Below, piece by piece: positions 27,481 to 41,164 of a stretch of 64,000 nucleotides of DNA. The first letter of the stretch is position 1. Every line of letters begins with the position of its first letter. The notes below the pieces were generated by a model, which was given only the letters and a program-made list of their open reading frames with translations, was not told the origin of the DNA and did not search any database. This DNA comes from Octopus vulgaris. Taxonomy: Eukaryota. Made by a program: the position numbers and the translations under genes. The stretch covers positions 14,136,001 to 14,200,000 of the forward strand of contig OX597832.1 in the NCBI GenBank assembly GCA_951406725.2. Reading direction: 5' to 3'.

Positions 27481-28280
27481 CTAATTAAGTGTGTATGGCA
27501 TGCTCTCTTCTCGTTGTCATACGTAGAAGACTAAGAACGTACCGCTACGCTTCTCTTTGATCCTAAAGAACATCTCGCTTGCTCGTTCCCACTGTAGTTC
27601 TAACAAATTTCCCCTGTCAGTGCCGTTAAGCTGTTGGTGGTGCTGCTATCGTTGCCACTACAATCTCTGCTGCTGCAGATGTTACTGCCAGATGGGATGC
27701 CGTACTACACTTGCTGCTGTTTATACCGTAATCGTTACCGGTGCTGTTGTTACTATCGGGCGCGCCGTTGACGCTGTTATAGCTGCCACCATCACTGCTG
27801 CTGCTGCTGCTATTGCTGCTGTCAGTGCCTGGGAAACTGATGTTCTTATCGCTACCGTTGTTTCTGTTATTGCCAGACACTCTTTTGCTGTTACCGTTGT
27901 TGCTGCTGTGGTTACAGCGGGTACTACTGGTCGCCACCTCGGAGTCGTAGACCATGGCCTCGGAATTGCATCAACCTCCCAATGGGCAAGCACAGTAAAG
28001 CCTACATTGGGATGCTCACGAAAATATTTTTAACACTGGGCGTACAAATGAAAGCGACCCTTAATTTGTGCGTATCAAACACCCGTCTCTACCGATGGAT
28101 AGCGTGTGATACATGTCTATTTTCACACAATTCTAAACAGTTGCATCTGAAATGGAAAATTAATATAACAATAATTTGCCGAAGCTTGTCATCTGTAAAC
28201 ACACTCAGATGCCCTAACTTTCACGGCCATACCGAATGCATATACACTCCTGCACACTCAGACATGCACAAACACACACA

Positions 28281-28356
<76 letters not shown>

Positions 28357-30013
28357 ACAAACATAAATTAGCCATGTGTACTTAAAGGAAGGAGCACTGC
28401 TTATGACATCTACCGGCTTAAACTTGTTAACGATTGGATTAAAGATTTACACGTTTAACATTTAGCGAAACGACTTGAGAATTTAAATTATTAAAGTGAG
28501 TCGCTATTCAAAAAATACTGGACTGAAAAAGTCTGATTAGTACACGTTCAGATGCACTTGATGCCAAAAAAAATAATAATAAAACACTATGGGAAGTGGA
28601 GAGAATAGGGAATATCATGTGCTAAAGTGGAGGAGCTAGGACAATAACCAGTTCTGAATGAGAGTGACTATTATTTTAGATTATAAAAATGGAATAAATA
28701 TTGATTGTGATCCACGTGATCGATTTAAGTATTTGACAAATTTCATGGAAGATGACAGTAGTGCAGTTACAGTATGCATAAAATTATTATTCTTGGTTCA
28801 GTTATTTATTTTTGACTAGAATCTCTACAGACCACAAAGTATATGTCTTCTCATTTGAAACAATAGATTTGAGTATATATGTAGCAAATTTCGACAACAT
28901 CGACTTGCTGTTTATTATATTTCAAATCTATTTACGGTTTCTCGCTACCCCAGCCTGACTAAAATCTCATGAATGTAACTAAAATATTATGTTCTTACCA
29001 ATACTTCTTATATAACGTTATTTTAAGATCGGAATTCTTACTAAGTAGACTGTAAAATCATTGGAATATTTAATGCAAATTTTTGGCAATGTGCAACATG
29101 ATGTTCGTAATTTTGTATCTAAATGCATGGTAATGATATTTCTCTTTAAATTAATGGTATATATCATACTTCTTAAACAGATCTATCTCTCTGTAAAGTA
29201 AATAGAATAAGTGACGAAATATGCATTTATTTCTAATAATTTTTTGAACTATAAATAGAAGCTATGAAGGATTGGCAGAGGAAAACAATTGTTAATATCA
29301 AAAGCAATACTTTATTACTACTGAATTTTATCAATCATTAGGGGGGAACCCACTCTCCCTCTCTTATAGGATTAGAACATTGTATATAAAGGGCCAGAAA
29401 AAATATGAAGGAAACCTTTACATTTGATAATGACTAGTTTGCTCTAAATCCTTAGCATAAGGGAAAACTGAATCTTTCAGCTAGCAAATTCAAACATCTG
29501 GTATTTTAATGCATTAACTTCCTTCCAGCATTCTGTTAATTGCCATTAGTTGTCAAAGAGGTAACAGAGAAAATATTAGGTTTAATAGCAGAGTCAATAA
29601 ATAGATATTGAAGAGTGAATAAGAACAATTTTAAACGAGTGGAATATATAAGTTTATTTAAGAAGCAATTGAAAAACAAGCCTTGAATTAATTGAGATTA
29701 AGAAGAGCGTAAGAGTAGAAGGGAGTTGATGCAAATGTAGGAAAAATAATCATAGATAAAAAGAGATGTTTTCATTAATACAAATTAATGTAGCAAAAAT
29801 ATTGCCACACACGTTACTGCATCGTATTAAATGATTTTTGGAGTGTTTCAAATGTTCTTCATTCAGTGTTGAATTCCATTCAGTGACAGCCATATATATA
29901 TATATATATATATTGAGTTCTACACCATAGATTTGGTACGGCAATGCCGAATCTCTCTCTCTATATATATCTATGTGTATGCACGTATGTTTGTATATAT
30001 GTATGCATGTATT

Positions 30014-30055
<42 letters not shown>

Positions 30056-30685
30056 CACGCTCGCACGCACCAACAGACACACGAACAAACGGGACACAAA
30101 CACACACACGTGTATTTACTGTGACATAATGTGAGCAATGCCATCGATATTTAATGATGCATGCGTCAAAAACACGAGTATGTGTAATGAGCGAATATCA
30201 TTTGATTTAAATATATAATTAACAAAGTTATAACAATATTTGTGTTTCTCGTGACTTTTCATCTTTTTTACGCCAATAGAACTAAACATGAATTTATTTT
30301 ACATTTGTCGATATTTTGCCCGTACAATTTATGCGAGAAACCTAATTGCGTTTTGCGAAATATTTATTAACAAGCCGTTCATTTATCTTGGATGATATTG
30401 GATAATTTTACACGTTAGGTTCAGTTATAAGCGCTCGTTTAGGAATTGTTTCAAAATGAAATATAGAAAAAATATATACATTTAAAAAGATCTCTCCTTT
30501 ACATCCATAGCTGATATGGAAATTTCACATCCCATGTATAAAAGCTACATTTTTATATTGAAGACATCCCCCTCAATTATATATCTTTGCAACATTTGAT
30601 AATGAATGAATCAGAACTGCTTATATAGAAAAGAAATATTACACACAAACGCGCGCGCGTGTACACACACAGACAAATAGGCTTT

Positions 30686-31128
30686 TAGATATACATGTAT
30701 ACACAAACACACCCCTCTATATATATAGATATACATGTATGCACACACGCACCCCTCTATATATATAGATATACATGTATGCACAAACACACCCCTCTCT
30801 ATATATAGATATACTTGTATGCACAAACACACCCCTCTATATATATATAGATATACATGTATGCACAAACACACCCCTCTATATATAGATATACATGTAT
30901 GCACAAACACACTCCTCTATATATATAGATATACATGTATGCACAAACACACCCCTCTCTATGTATAGATATACATTTATGCACAAACACACCCCTCTAT
31001 ATATATAGATATACATGTATGCACAAACACACCCCTCTCTATATATAGATATACATGTGTGCACAAACACACCCCTCTATATATATATAGATATACATGT
31101 ATACACAAACACACCCTCTATATATACA
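30686..31128 (+). repeat. Minisatellite, ~40-bp unit x ~11
   Basis: Unit tagatatacatgtatgcacaaacacacccctctatatata, with variable CT/TA counts. Confidence 0.95.
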
Positions 31129-31821
31129 CTTAAATGCTTTTTCTAGTTGTGAATTAACGAGGCTACCTTGGTATAATTTTAAGAGAGATACGTCACTTAA
31201 CAACGTAACTACTTTGGAATGTATTGTATGGATATTTTATGGTCGTCTCCATCTTGGATGAGAACAGGACAGAAACAAAAGAACCACGTGTGGTTTTGAC
31301 TGTAATAAACATTCATATGTTGGGAAACAATATCTGGATTATTATCTCCATGGTATCAAATTTGCTTGCTCTTATATCTCTAATGACCTTATCTTTTATA
31401 TCTGAGATCTAATTTGATAACGGATATGTGTGTTGTCAATAGATTTGTGTGATAGGGAGCTCAGCATAAATTACGTGTGTATGTGACTTTAGCGTATAAA
31501 ATGCATGTAATGCAAACGGCTGATGTTCAGGGTGGAAATCCTATCCAAATATGATGGATCGCGAAGTAGGAAAGGGTAATGCCTGAGATTTCTGAAGGGG
31601 AAATTTTGCTTATATATTTAGGGGGAGGGAATGATTCATTCCGAATAGTTGAAATGTGCTCTTTTCATGGAGTGATTTTTCTCGTATTTCTTAATACGTT
31701 GCCTATATGTGTTGGCTTTAGGAATAATGCGCCATCTTATTTACGGGTTACATATTCCTCTCCTTGATGTATAGATATATACGTGTATAATTTATCCTTC
31801 AACCCTTCTCTCACTCTCTCT

Positions 31822-31894
<73 letters not shown>

Positions 31895-32452
31895 AAGAGG
31901 GCTAGTCATATATTATGCTGTGTATTCTGCACTCGACATAAACACACACACACACCTATATATATATATATGCAAGCGAGGACAGGACTCCCTACAAAAT
32001 TAGACCCGAAACAACTAGTCCGGACTTCTTATGTTCATCGTCGGTGATGGACAAACATCTGGAAGACATAGCAATATTTCACCTCAGCTCACATTATATA
32101 GGACACTAGTGTCTCACAGTGAAGCGTGCTAGTTAGGAAAGAATCTAAAAAAGACGGAAACATTTTGTACTGGGAAGTAGTGTGTAAATGCGATATAAGC
32201 AATTCAATACAATAGTGAATGAGATAAAACATTTCAGATCCACAATTACGCAACGCGGCTATTGATACGAAAGACATATGCTATACATAAATTACCTTTC
32301 TTCAGTTTTCCGGGCTGTTTGGTCTTGACGACCATCGGTATCTGACTTGGCCATTTGGCATAATACAATCCATTGATTTTACGGTTCTTTTCATGATGAA
32401 CACACTGCCGTTTGCATCTGAGACCACCAGGTTCACTGCAAATGAAACTACA

Positions 32453-32847
32453 ACGCGTTGAGCTAGCAGAAACGTTAGCACGCCGGGCGAAATGCTTAGC
32501 GGCATTTCGTCTGCCGCTACGTTCTCAGTTCAAATTTCGCCGAGGTCGACTTGGCCTTTCATCATATAAGGTCGATTAAATATGTACCAGTTACGCACTG
32601 GGGTCGATGTAAAATCCGTCTGTCTGTCCTTTGTCCCTTCTGTGTTTAGCCCCTTGTGGGTAGTAAAATGATAGGTATTTCGTTTAACGTTACGTTCTGA
32701 TTTCAAATTCAGCTGAGGTCGACTTTGCCTTTCATCATTTCGGGGTCGATGAATTAAGTACCAGTCACGCAATGGGGTAAATCAGTTTGTATGTCCTTGT
32801 TTCTCCCCTCTCTGTGTAGTCACTTTGTGGCCAATAAAAGAAATAAT
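32453..32847 (+). mobile_element. Dimeric SINE family A with 11-bp TSD
   Basis: Full monomer followed by a second, 5'-truncated monomer from ~32673; TSD atgaaactaca at 32442-32452 and 32848-32858. Confidence 0.88.
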
Positions 32848-33123
32848 ATGAAACTACATTGACCTATATAGGAACAGTAGAGGAGAAGTTTTACTACAGC
32901 ATGGAATATATCTGTATTTCTGGGTCAAAGTGATTAACCTTAAAGCCATCCTAGGTTAGGCAACTTTCAAGGAACCCAGCTGGATCTGCCTCAGACACTG
33001 CCAGAGTTACCCCGAACCGTTAAGTTACCGGGAAATAAACACGATAAATCCGGCTGTCCAGTGTTTATAGTGAGACAAACACAGACATCATGAGAGAAGT
33101 AGATACATACATGTATATGTGTA

Positions 33124-33201
<78 letters not shown>

Positions 33202-33499
33202 TATATGTGTGTGTGTGTGTGTATATATATATGCATATATGTGTGTATGTATGTAGGTTCGTACGTGTGTATGCGCAAACATAGCAACGGTATAAACTTC
33301 TAGTGTTTTTAAATTTTGTTTATTATTATACTTCAATGTTTTTTTTTTCGCGTAAGCACAATGAACTTATTTTCGCTCTGTTTGCGAAATATTCATTTCC
33401 AATAATACTAGACATACTCCAATATCTGTATGAATATATATCAGTGATTTTGTATATGTATATGTGTATGCCTGTTATGTCTGTGTCGGTTTAACTATG

Positions 33500-33572
<73 letters not shown>

Positions 33573-33588
33573 GTATGTTGGTATATAC

Positions 33589-33643
<55 letters not shown>

Positions 33644-34266
33644 TTTATGCTCATATAATTTTGTGTTTAGGTGAGTGAATTGTGTGTTTGCATTGTGCGT
33701 GTATGTACATATATGTATATGTGTCAGTCTGACACGTAAGTGTTTTTCTCCTAAATTTTAAATTTTTTTTCTTGTCTAGATAGTTAATGAATTCTTAAGA
33801 TATCCGTTGATTAAATCTATTACTCTATGTTCATATCTTGAGTCAGTATTTTTTCTTAATTTTTGTTTAGTTTTTGATGTATCGTATTCTGTTTTTTTTT
33901 TCTTTTGTCTTTTGGGTTTTTTTTTAAGCTTCTCAGTTTATTTTATGCTTTCATTTGTTATATTTAATTTTTTTTTTTTCAATTGGAAAACATCAGTCGA
34001 AACTAAAGTCAGTAGTTGTCTATGGTTTGTCAACTCCTACACATCTGACGAAAATATTTCCTGTTTTAAAGTTCACAAACGCCAACTTAACCACCCTTTC
34101 CTATGTGTCTACTACATTCAGCATCTCGACCACCAGCATTGCCTTTGCTGCCCTCATATTGTTCATCATCAATTATTTCATGAACGTTATATTATCATTT
34201 ATATCATTTTCATTACAGTAAAATGCTAATAACATTTATATGAAAGGGTGTTGTTGGCGTCGTCAT

Positions 34267-34312
34267 TTTAGTAGTAGTAGCAACAGAAAAAGCAGCAGCA
34301 GCAGTAATGGTT

Positions 34313-34370
<58 letters not shown>
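34267..34370 (+). repeat. (TAG)n/(CAG)n microsatellite
   Basis: Directly visible. Confidence 0.95.
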
Positions 34371-36026
34371 ATTTGATTGATGTTGTTTTTCACATCCTTA
34401 ACTTCCTTTATTTTTTTTTCTTCAAATGCCACCGACATATCTGATGACAGGAACATATCTATAAAGATAAAGTTGATAGATTAGTTGCGAAAAATAACAA
34501 AGATTAAACAAACTGTTGTACTATCTAGTAAAAAGTAAAGGAATAAATATAAAGGCAAATCACAGCTAAATACGGTATAACAGTGAGAGAGAAGGGAGGG
34601 AAAGAGAAATGAGAGAGAAAGAGAAAAGAAGAGTCACAGAGAGAGGGAAGAGATAGATCGATAGACAGACAGAGATAGAGAGAGAAACAACCGCCGAAGA
34701 AATGAATTTGCTGGAAACTTAATATTAGCTTTCGAAGGTTAGACAATAGTAGAACAAGAAAGAGCTTCCTGTTGTTTATTCCGGAATGAGACTGAAGAAA
34801 AATGGCAAATTCGTTGTATATCATGTTTTATATCGATCGAGAATAGTAATCATTCCCAAGTACCTTGTGCCAAAACGATAATAATCAATAATTTCTTCCG
34901 TGTAATTGCAGCAGGGAACTAGAAATGATGTAGTTTCGGGATCTTAGTTCTGGATCTTAGTGTATCATTGTTCCTCGTTTATATTCCGAGTCGTGGCTCC
35001 AATACGTATCCCATGATATTATTTGTAGATTTAGTAACTGTTCGTCCTGCAAAGTTTTTTTTATCATGAAATCGCGTGAACGTGGCTTTTTGTAAAAGAT
35101 TGCATTGCATGACACAGAAGCTGTTTTGCCGATAAACAAACCTTGAAACCACGTGTAGAAGTTCATCTCGTTCACTAAGGTTGATTTGTAAACCAAGAAC
35201 AGACAATCAGCAACAGAGAGAAAGATGAAGAATAACAACAACAAGCACAACAAAATCAGCAACAATGATAACAACAAGAACAATAACAACATCAACAATT
35301 AATGTCATTTCATGAAACGATTATTTTTATTTCAAAGAGTTGTCCTACTGCTATAATTAAAACATAAAACAGTATTTTGTTTTGTTGTAGAGGTGAAATG
35401 CTGAAATTGATCTATTCCCGAAGTAAATATGCAGTTGGGTATCATGTTACTGCGCCTTTGTTCTGAATTAAGACCCCGTGGGTGTTTCTGCTATAATCTG
35501 TACAAGGAGGGACATTAAAGCATGCGTATCATGTAGAATTATTGGGTCCACTGAATTTATCCCTGGCTATGGGGATGGCTGTGGTTCCTTTGGATCATGT
35601 AAGGGAATCTATCCTTTCGGGTGTATAGGCTTAGAAGAAAATTCAAAACCTGACTTTGCTGTTGACTTTGAGATTTTCTTTTGGTTAAATAAATAGATGG
35701 ACATATAGATAGCAAGTCTGAAGTGATGTACAGCATTTATATTTTAAGAACAACAATGTAGTCAACATTTTAGATAATTCCTTATTGGCAATTTCGCCCT
35801 CTTCATGGAGACTGTTCAGATCAGTTTGAAAGAAAATTACTTTGCCTTTTATATAAATGGAAATGAGGATGTCGTTTCTTCTTTTCTAAACAAAGCAAAA
35901 CATCCTCTTTTCGATTTGTATGAAAGGTGAAGGAAGCATCTGTAACCTTCATCTGAAGAGACTCCATGAAAGGAAAGACAGTGTCAATAAAGAATTATCC
36001 AAAACACTCACTAACTCTTTTCTTTC

Positions 36027-36113
<87 letters not shown>

Positions 36114-36599
36114 TGTGTGCGTGCGTGTGCGTGTATGTGTTTGTGTGTATGTGTGTGTATTGATATATATATATGTTTGTGTGTGTTTGTGTGAGTGAGT
36201 GCGTATATGAATGTTTGTATATGTGTGTGTGTTACCTGTATTAATAGCATTTCACATTACTTGATTTACTCAGCATTCTTAAGAAAAACAGATCAAAGAC
36301 TGATTTACAAAAATTAGACACAATGAGTGAAACGTATTTGTCTTATTTAGAAATTAAGGAATGTTCAGAAAGATATAACCATATTAGAAACAGAAAACAG
36401 CTAAACGCAAACAAAACAGACAAAGTGGTTAGGTGACATATTACTAATATCGAAATATCGATGAGTAAAACTTACGGAGGCTTATCAGAAAATAATGATC
36501 GACTAAATTTAGAAGACATATATTAGGTGATTATATGGTTATAATGATAGCAATTGACTTTTGGATAACAATTCTAATTAAAAATTGTTTTATTCTTTT

Positions 36600-36735
36600 A
36601 ATTGTTTCAGTCATTTAGCTGCGGCCATGGTGAAACACCACTTTTAATCGACCAGATCAACACCAGAGCTTATTCTTCGCATGCCTCGTATTATTCTATC
36701 GACGTCTTATGCCGAACTGCTAAGTTACTGGGACA
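36600..36735 (-). mobile_element. SINE family B 3' part
   Basis: ttgtttcagtcatttagctgcggccatgg..gccgaactgctaagttac matches 38700-38835. Confidence 0.7.
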
Positions 36736-37928
36736 TTTTAATGTGCATTACGGCTCATTTTCTCCAATGTATTAAAATTCCAAAGATCACGTACACAATC
36801 GTTAAATTTAAGATCGTTTCTCTGCCTGTTTTACGACCTTCACATATTGAAATTAATTTAGCTTTGTATCCTTTAGATGTAGCTGCAGGTATTAAAATGA
36901 AACAATTTCTCAGTGGCTCTTTTATCAGGATCTCACCATCTGATATTTTTATGCCTATATTTATCGTTGTTATTGTTACATTGGGACGGGAGGTGGTGCG
37001 GCTCTGATGATTTTCTTTCTAATGCTTAACCTCCAAATATGTATTCCCTTCCTACATAGTGCTTGTATGAAGGCGCATTATTCCTTCCAAGATGTCCTTA
37101 TCAGACACCGCTGAAATTTATAACCTAATTAATTTTCTCGTGCCTAATTTAAACAATCTCGGTATACATAATATATATGTGTAAACACCTACAATTATAT
37201 TTTTCTTATACTGTTAAATTCGTGTGATTTGCTTGTTAACGCGAACGTATCTCTTCGGACATTTGGCCTAATCTACTTTAATGTTAAGAAATATTTTCCT
37301 TAACATTAACGTTACACTAAGTTTCAGTCAGTTGAAATTGCAATGTTCTTTTTTATTTTACACATTTCTAAAATACGTACATCATCTTAATGGATTTAAA
37401 CTAGAAAATTTATTTCCGACTGATATTGTGAACAACATTGTTATTCTCCTTACAACCGACGTTTGTACAGTAACATAGGATTGCAAACGAACCGACTATC
37501 ACATTATTTGAAGGAATATGTTTTCTAAAGTATAGTTCCATTGAAATGAAAAAAATAAATACGCAGCAATAGCAAAACAAAATAGATATGTAATTTTGAT
37601 GGAAGTGTTATAACAGAATTTTGATGGAAGTGTTATATAATTTATTCATCTGTCTGTAAGTTTGTACTGGCTACGTGGATATTGTTTTTATGACACAATA
37701 AACGTACTACTTAGAGAAGTATATACATTTATTCATTACCATTTTTAAAGTTATTATCGACAAATAAACCTATCGAAACATATTATTTATTAGAACTATA
37801 ATTATAACGTCGATCATTAGGAGGGTTCAAATGTAACTCCCATTTTTTTTTTTTTTACAATGCACACATATACATGCACGTTACAGTGCATAGATACGGC
37901 TTCATATATTTGGAAATATATGCTGAGA

Positions 37929-38258
37929 CCCACTTCGGTCATGAATGACCATGGGATTGCACCTAGAAAGTTACCCTCCCAGGCATAAGTCCGGGCAAGG
38001 TTGTTTATGGAAGACCAGCAGTCGCCCATGCATATCGGCCTCCACTCTCCGCGCCGCCAGTGTTATCCAAGAGAAAGGCAAAGGCCCATACAGCTTGGCA
38101 CCTGTGACGTCGCAACTCATTTCTACAGCTGAGTGAACTGGAGTAACGTGAAATAAAGTATCTTGCTCAAGGACACAACACGCAGCCCGGTCCGGGATCC
38201 GAACTCACAACCTCACGATCGTAAGCTCGACGCTCTAACCACTGAGCCATGCACCTCC
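37929..38258 (-). mobile_element. SINE family C (tRNA head + V-domain-like), copy 1
   Basis: Reverse strand: tggctcagtggttagagc (A box), gagttcggatccc (B box), gtgtccttgagcaagatactt (V-domain-like). Confidence 0.88.
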
Positions 38259-38262
38259 ACTT

Positions 38263-38576
38263 CCCCTTCGGTCACGACACAGACCATGAGATTGCACCTA
38301 GAAAGTTACCATCCCAGGCACAAGTCCGCACAAGGTTGTTTATGGAAGACCAGCAGTCGCCCATGCATACCAGCCTCCCCTCTCCACGCCACCAGTGTTA
38401 TCCAAGGGAAGAGCAAGGACCGATACAGCTTGGCACCAGTGACGTCACAACTCATTTCTAAAGCTGAGTGAACTGGAGCAACATGGGATAAAGTGTCTTG
38501 CTCAAGAACACAATACGCAGCACGGTCCGGGATTCGAGCTCACAACCTCATGATCGTAAGCTCGACGCTCTAACCA
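38263..38576 (-). mobile_element. SINE family C, tandem copy 2 (slightly 5'-truncated)
   Basis: Direct repeat of 37929-38245 with scattered substitutions. Confidence 0.88.
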
Positions 38577-38589
38577 TTATATAAAGAAT

Positions 38590-38692
38590 AAAAGAGTAAT
38601 TGCAGATATCACTAAAATGACGGAACTTTTAAGCATACTGCCGGTATGCTTAAGAGTTCCGTCATTTTAGTGACGTCTGCAATTACTCTTTT
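38590..38692. repeat. Palindrome/hairpin: 49-bp arms, 5-nt loop
   Basis: aaaagagtaattgcagatatcactaaaatgacggaacttttaagcatac-tgccg-gtatgcttaagagttccgtcattttagtgacgtctgcaattactctttt; 3 differences between arms. Confidence 0.95.
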
Positions 38693-38911
38693 ACTCTTTT
38701 ACTTGTTTCAGTCATTTTGACTGCGGCCATGCTGGAGCATCGCCTTTGGTCGAGCAAATCTATCCCGGGACCTAGTCTTTGTAAGCCAAGTACTTATTCT
38801 ATCAGTCTCTTTTGCCGAACCGCTAAGTGACGGGTACGTAAACACACCAGCATCGGTTGTCAATCAATGCTAGGGGGACAAACACAGACACACAAAGACA
38901 CCCACACACAG

Positions 38912-38970
<59 letters not shown>

Positions 38971-39135
38971 TACGACAGGCTTCTTTTAGTTTCCGTCCAC
39001 CAAATCCACTCACAAGGCATTGGTCGGCCCGAGGCTACAGCAGAAGACACTTGCCCAAGATGCCACGCAGTGGATTGAACCCGGAACCATGTGGTTTGTT
39101 AGCAAGCTACTTACCGCACAGCCACTCCTGCGCCT
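38693..39135 (-). mobile_element. Full-length SINE family B (CORE-like) with internal (CA)/(TA) microsatellite
   Basis: Reverse strand: aggcgcaggagtggctgtgcggtaag, ggttccgggttcaatccactgcgtggcatcttgggcaagtgtc, ending in an (aaaagagt)n tail. Confidence 0.9.
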
Positions 39136-39152
39136 ATTTTTGCATATACATA

Positions 39153-39233
<81 letters not shown>

Positions 39234-39895
39234 ATATATATACACAGACATACATACGTGTGTTTTGTGTGTGTTTTAATGTATGCATCTATACATATAT
39301 AGAAATATTTTTTTCAATACATTAAGAGTATTATTCTTTTAAAATAATCTTTGCTCTTTTACCTACTTCTTATTGAGTATATAATTTTGGCTCTTATTCA
39401 AGTAAATCATTTATTCCCCCAGTCCTGTATTCGTGCTCAATTTTCACTAGCTGGCTATCAGCATTGAAACTGTCGCCAACTCCAGCGTAACTTGCCTCAC
39501 GTTATGCATCGAAAGAAGATGTTCGGCGCTAGGGTCTTACTCGTATAGATATATATCTAATACGTTCCAGCTTATCGAACAGAAATAGGATTATAACACT
39601 TTAACGTCGTAGATCGACATTCAAGTATTGCGTGGCGTCTTATGCATGAGAATGCATGATGTACATCGCCTATTGGCACCGGTTTTGTGATTATTTCTCT
39701 TACGTCAAGGCAATGTTGTTGAAATAAAATTTTCATTGGATGTCGGTGATATAGTTTTGTTTTCAGGTGTGTCCATTGTCCTGTTTGTTTACTGAAGCTA
39801 TTTGTGGAGAATATTCTCAGCCGATGTTATTGTTCATATTATTTCTACTCTTAGAGTTCCCTTTAGGCGTATCGTTCCAATCAACATTAATTCAA

Positions 39896-40140
39896 CTACC
39901 TGCGACGATTTCATCTCAATCGAAGGAGAGGAGCTTTCTCCGTCCGGGTTGCGGATCCGTGGAACAAGCTGCCAGACGAGATGGTGAAGATGCCGACGAC
40001 CGCTTTGTTCAAAGCCTCCCTTGACCTCAAGTGGCCTGAACTATTTACATGAACACCACCCTGTACTTAACTCCATGTCCCCCTATATGGCCTTGCTATT
40101 TGCTTTTGAGCCAAATTAACTAACTAACTACTAACTAACT
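39896..40140 (+). mobile_element. CR1-clade LINE 3' end
   Basis: LRRFHLNRRRGAFSVRVADPWNKLPDEMVKMPTTALFKASLDLKWPELFT*, short 3' UTR and an (AACT)n tail. Confidence 0.88.
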
Positions 40141-40347
40141 TGATATTGCACAAACAACCTACATAAGAGAAACTTGGAACTTGGCTTCATGTATTCTCTG
40201 AAAACGGTCACTTAACACTTTGGAATCTTTACATTGGTATAATGGAAAAATATGAAATTCGGTAGTTTAGTTCTCGCGCATTTATCAATATGTTCGATCT
40301 GAGCTATCTGCAAGGTTGTTTATGTGGCCACAACTTGAGCAGGTTAA

Positions 40348-40407
40348 GACATAAATTAGGTTCTGAGAGGCACAGAACATAATTTATCTCAGAAACTAAT
40401 TTATGTC
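40348..40407. other. 60-nt hairpin (21-bp stem, 18-nt loop)
   Basis: gacataaattaggttctgaga pairs with tctcagaaactaatttatgtc, 1 mismatch. Confidence 0.85.
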
Positions 40408-40887
40408 ATACATTATTAAATCAAGGGCTATTACTATAAGTAATGCCATTCGCTTAAGGTAACTCTAAAATCAAACTACTACAACAAAAAATAAACACCC
40501 AGCGAATTCGAGGGAATGAACATGTATGCGCGTGCTTAGGTATTTATATTCATATCTTGCTAGTTAAGTTTGTACTGATGAGGGGAGAACGAGTTATACA
40601 TGCTGACCATGAATTCATTTATGGTATGCTAAAAACCTTTTTAAATGGATTCCTCGTTTGTTCATTCAGTCGAATTCGGCGCCTGTGTGTATTTGTTCAA
40701 TTAATTTAACTTTAGATCCCCTAAGAGAGCGTGGCTTTACTGATAGTAATAGCTCTAGATAGAATAATGCTTTTTATATATAAATAGAAAAAAATGATAT
40801 ACTCTGTATTAATTTATTTCTTTAAATATTTTAGCAGCTGGCTACTAGTGAAAATCTCATATAGATTTTATCATTATATTTTATGAG

Positions 40888-41125
<238 letters not shown>

Positions 41126-41164
41126 CAAGTTTCGGGAAATAGATTGTCATCTACGTTACGCAAA

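Noticed and set aside
27557-28033. Overlapping Ala/Val/Thr/Ser-rich ORFs on both strands
   Set aside because: Cryptic (GCT/GTT)n low-complexity DNA that is open in several frames.
28550-29750. AT-rich, microsatellite-free tract that might be an old DNA transposon
   Set aside because: No motif or terminal repeat could be identified by eye.
30686-31128. Regular repeat array as a CRISPR candidate
   Set aside because: No unique spacers and no cas genes; eukaryotic minisatellite.
35950-35990. CTGAAGA...GAAAGACAGTGTC hammerhead-like spacing
   Set aside because: Stem II and stem I do not pair in register.
38170-38258. tRNA-like sequences with A/B boxes (also at 9015, 39060 and elsewhere)
   Set aside because: They are SINE heads that continue into SINE bodies; no complete cloverleaf.
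39755-40024. Acceptor-like ttttcag followed by an 85-aa ORF
   Set aside because: The 3' half is an off-frame reading of the CR1 3' end; no donor or homology evidence.
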